64,000 nt of DNA from Candidatus Nanoarchaeia archaeon (GTDB lineage: Archaea; Nanobdellota; Nanobdellia; CSSed11-243R1): the NCBI GenBank assembly GCA_028713895.1, contig JAQTNH010000001.1, positions 886,610 through 950,609 on the forward strand, read 5' to 3'. The notes beneath the pieces are model-generated. The model saw only the letters and a list, made by a program, of their open reading frames with translations. It made no database searches and was not told the DNA's origin. Of this stretch, positions 62,358 through 64,000 are shown piece by piece (positions within the stretch are counted from its first letter, which is position 1; each line of letters opens with the position of its first letter). Both the position numbers and the translations under genes were made by a program.

Positions 62358-64000
62358 ATGGATTGGGAACACATAGCCCGAGGCATTAGCACAAACCGGA
62401 CACTGGTATCTTTAATGGTGTCCGTTGACAAATCGAGCAGGGTCTATTTGTCCACGTTTGGAAAAGCGTTTTCAAAGAGAAACGCCAATATGATGGCTGA
62501 GACCTCAATGCACACCTTATCTGCGCTCTTTGCAGGATGCACATTCACGAGCGAGGAACCTGTGCCTCTTTCCCTAACTGCGTGCCCTGCAATTGTCTTC
62601 ATCCTTGGGCAACCCCATATTGGACAAAAAAGCCAATTGAACGAGATAATCCAGGGTCTCAGATCCCAAGACATCACCGCAACGATAATAATGAATGTTT
62701 TTCCAATAACACCACCGATTGATGAAGCCGATAAAATAAAATGCAAAGAGAACCGGGAGACGTATTTAGTAAAAGATGCAAGTTTGATTGTTACATACGC
62801 CGTATTAATTAATGAGGACACACAAGAGAACCTTAATGCTTCTGTCCAGGCGCTCATCGGGCTTGTTGGGAGCGTTTACGACTCAGAGCATTCAAAGATG
62901 AAGGTGTATTGTGAGACAGGAGAGAAGGCTCTGCGTTCATTTGAGAAACTGCTTTGGGGCGATATCTCCTGGGCAACCATTTTGCCTACCCACGAATTCA
63001 TTGCATTCTTCCAAATACCCCCTGACTATGGCATCGAGGTGATCGAGAAACCCGAAATCTACGTGCCACCGCCGACTTCTTTCAGGAATGGGATCAATAT
63101 AGGTCAAATCCTTGGTGCATTCGACGAACCGTTATACAATGGATCTTTGAATCCAAATACAACATCACCTCATATCTTGATAACCGGAACTACGGGGATG
63201 GGCAAATCGAATCTCATCCATCACATCATCGATGGCTTCTTCAAAATCGGTTATGATATAATAGCATACGACCACCACAATGAGTACGGCTTTAATTTCA
63301 ACCTCGGAGAACTTGGCAATAGCACGTTAATTTTTGACCCCAGGATAGTTCCAATAAGATTGAACCCGTTCGAATTGCCACCTGGATTGAGCGGCAAAGA
63401 ACGGGATATCGCGGTAATGGAGACAATAGAGAATTTTATTCACATTATCGAAAAACAACTCGGTTTCTTTGTAGGAGATGTCCAGAAGCCAAGGTGCGAG
63501 AAGCGCCTTCTCGAACTATACAAGGAATCGGATTCGCCACGAATACCGGAATTAATCAGATTATTGAAAGAGGACAAGACCACGAAACTGATGAAAGACC
63601 AGGACAACCTACCGATCAAGCTGTCATCTTTGGAAAAGGGGCTGCGCGGAGAGATTTGCAATCACGAACACACAAACCTGCCGCTTGCCTTTGGTAAGCA
63701 AAATGCACTTTTCTTCGAATTGGAGAAGTACCCTGTTGACATAAGGACCTTCGTAATCATAATGCACCTCACAAGATGGTGGAATAAAAGAATTGCTTCG
63801 AATCCGGACGATCTCAGGCCGACAGTCATTGTTCTTGATGAATTCTCCCACCTAGATGGAGTCCCTGTGGTATTGAAGCTATTGAGTGAATCAAGGAAAT
63901 ACAAGGTGATTTTGGTAATCAGCCTCCAGGGCATCGGGCAGATCCAGGACAGGGCAATGAGGGGGGAGCTGAGCCGTAATACCGATAACAAATTTGTATT
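62358..64000 (+). CDS. DUF87/HerA/VirB4-like ATPase, 3' end outside the window (absent from the ORF track)
   Basis: I translated the frame codon by codon: open from 62208 to 64000. Walker A HILITGTTGMGKSN (63171 onward), Walker B PTVIVLDEFSHL. Start is ATG 62358, or GTG 62271 overlapping the upstream stop. Confidence 0.7.
   Translation, partial: MDWEHIARGISTNRTLVSLMVSVDKSSRVYLSTFGKAFSKRNANMMAETSMHTLSALFAGCTFTSEEPVPLSLTACPAIVFILGQPHIGQKSQLNEIIQGLRSQDITATIIMNVFPITPPIDEADKIKCKENRETYLVKDASLIVTYAVLINEDTQENLNASVQALIGLVGSVYDSEHSKMKVYCETGEKALRSFEKLLWGDISWATILPTHEFIAFFQIPPDYGIEVIEKPEIYVPPPTSFRNGINIGQILGAFDEPLYNGSLNPNTTSPHILITGTTGMGKSNLIHHIIDGFFKIGYDIIAYDHHNEYGFNFNLGELGNSTLIFDPRIVPIRLNPFELPPGLSGKERDIAVMETIENFIHIIEKQLGFFVGDVQKPRCEKRLLELYKESDSPRIPELIRLLKEDKTTKLMKDQDNLPIKLSSLEKGLRGEICNHEHTNLPLAFGKQNALFFELEKYPVDIRTFVIIMHLTRWWNKRIASNPDDLRPTVIVLDEFSHLDGVPVVLKLLSESRKYKVILVISLQGIGQIQDRAMRGELSRNTDNKFV

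Larger units (their letters stand above)
29411..64000. mobile_element. mosaic accessory region (integrated elements / defence island), right end outside the window
   Basis: Two tyrosine recombinases, abrupt visible AT/GC shifts between blocks, TA modules, nuclease/NTPase/HEPN/Ubl genes; no housekeeping genes recognised. Confidence 0.55.

Noticed and set aside
1-64000. Search for rRNA genes, further tRNAs, transposase/IS elements and tandem repeats
   Set aside because: None was recognised on either strand by eye. This is a visual scan only, and covariance-model tools (Infernal/Rfam, tRNAscan-SE) should be run to confirm.

Overview
Archaeal DNA, judged from eS17, uS10, Alba, a GGGP-synthase-family gene and an intron-containing tRNA-Ser. 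The many small proteins and TTG/GTG starts suggest a small-genome DPANN-type lineage, but that is inference. Positions 1-29.2 kb look like ordinary chromosome. They carry an intein-interrupted DUF87/HerA-like ATPase, HAD hydrolases, an M50 protease, a DHH phosphoesterase, an SPFH protein, an ArmA/Rmt (FmrO)-like methyltransferase, TatD, pyrE-pyrF flanked by two stand-alone RAM-domain proteins, a MacB-type ABC transporter operon and a Fic protein. From the tyrosine integrase at 29.4 kb to the window end the DNA is a compositional mosaic of accessory modules. (i) An 11.2-kb all-minus-strand block is bracketed by ~30-nt direct repeats and punctuated by a 25-30-nt motif upstream of three gene modules: a cyclase-like palm protein; a Zn-ribbon-NDT/TIR-like protein plus a HEPN protein; and a 4-TM protein plus a CFI-box protein. 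The same block holds a Cas4-like nuclease and a RelE/AbrB toxin-antitoxin pair. (ii) A very AT-rich glycan module with a second Xer-like recombinase. (iii) A surface-protein cluster. (iv) An operon of a STAND-like NTPase, a small membrane protein and an FGE-sulfatase protein. (v) A GC-richer Ubl-E2-JAB-E1 ubiquitination-like operon, followed by a 2-TM protein and an edge-truncated DUF87/VirB4-like ATPase that is missing from the supplied ORF track. I saw no rRNA, CRISPR array or transposase. All functional calls are by-eye motif recognition and none has been verified by a database search.
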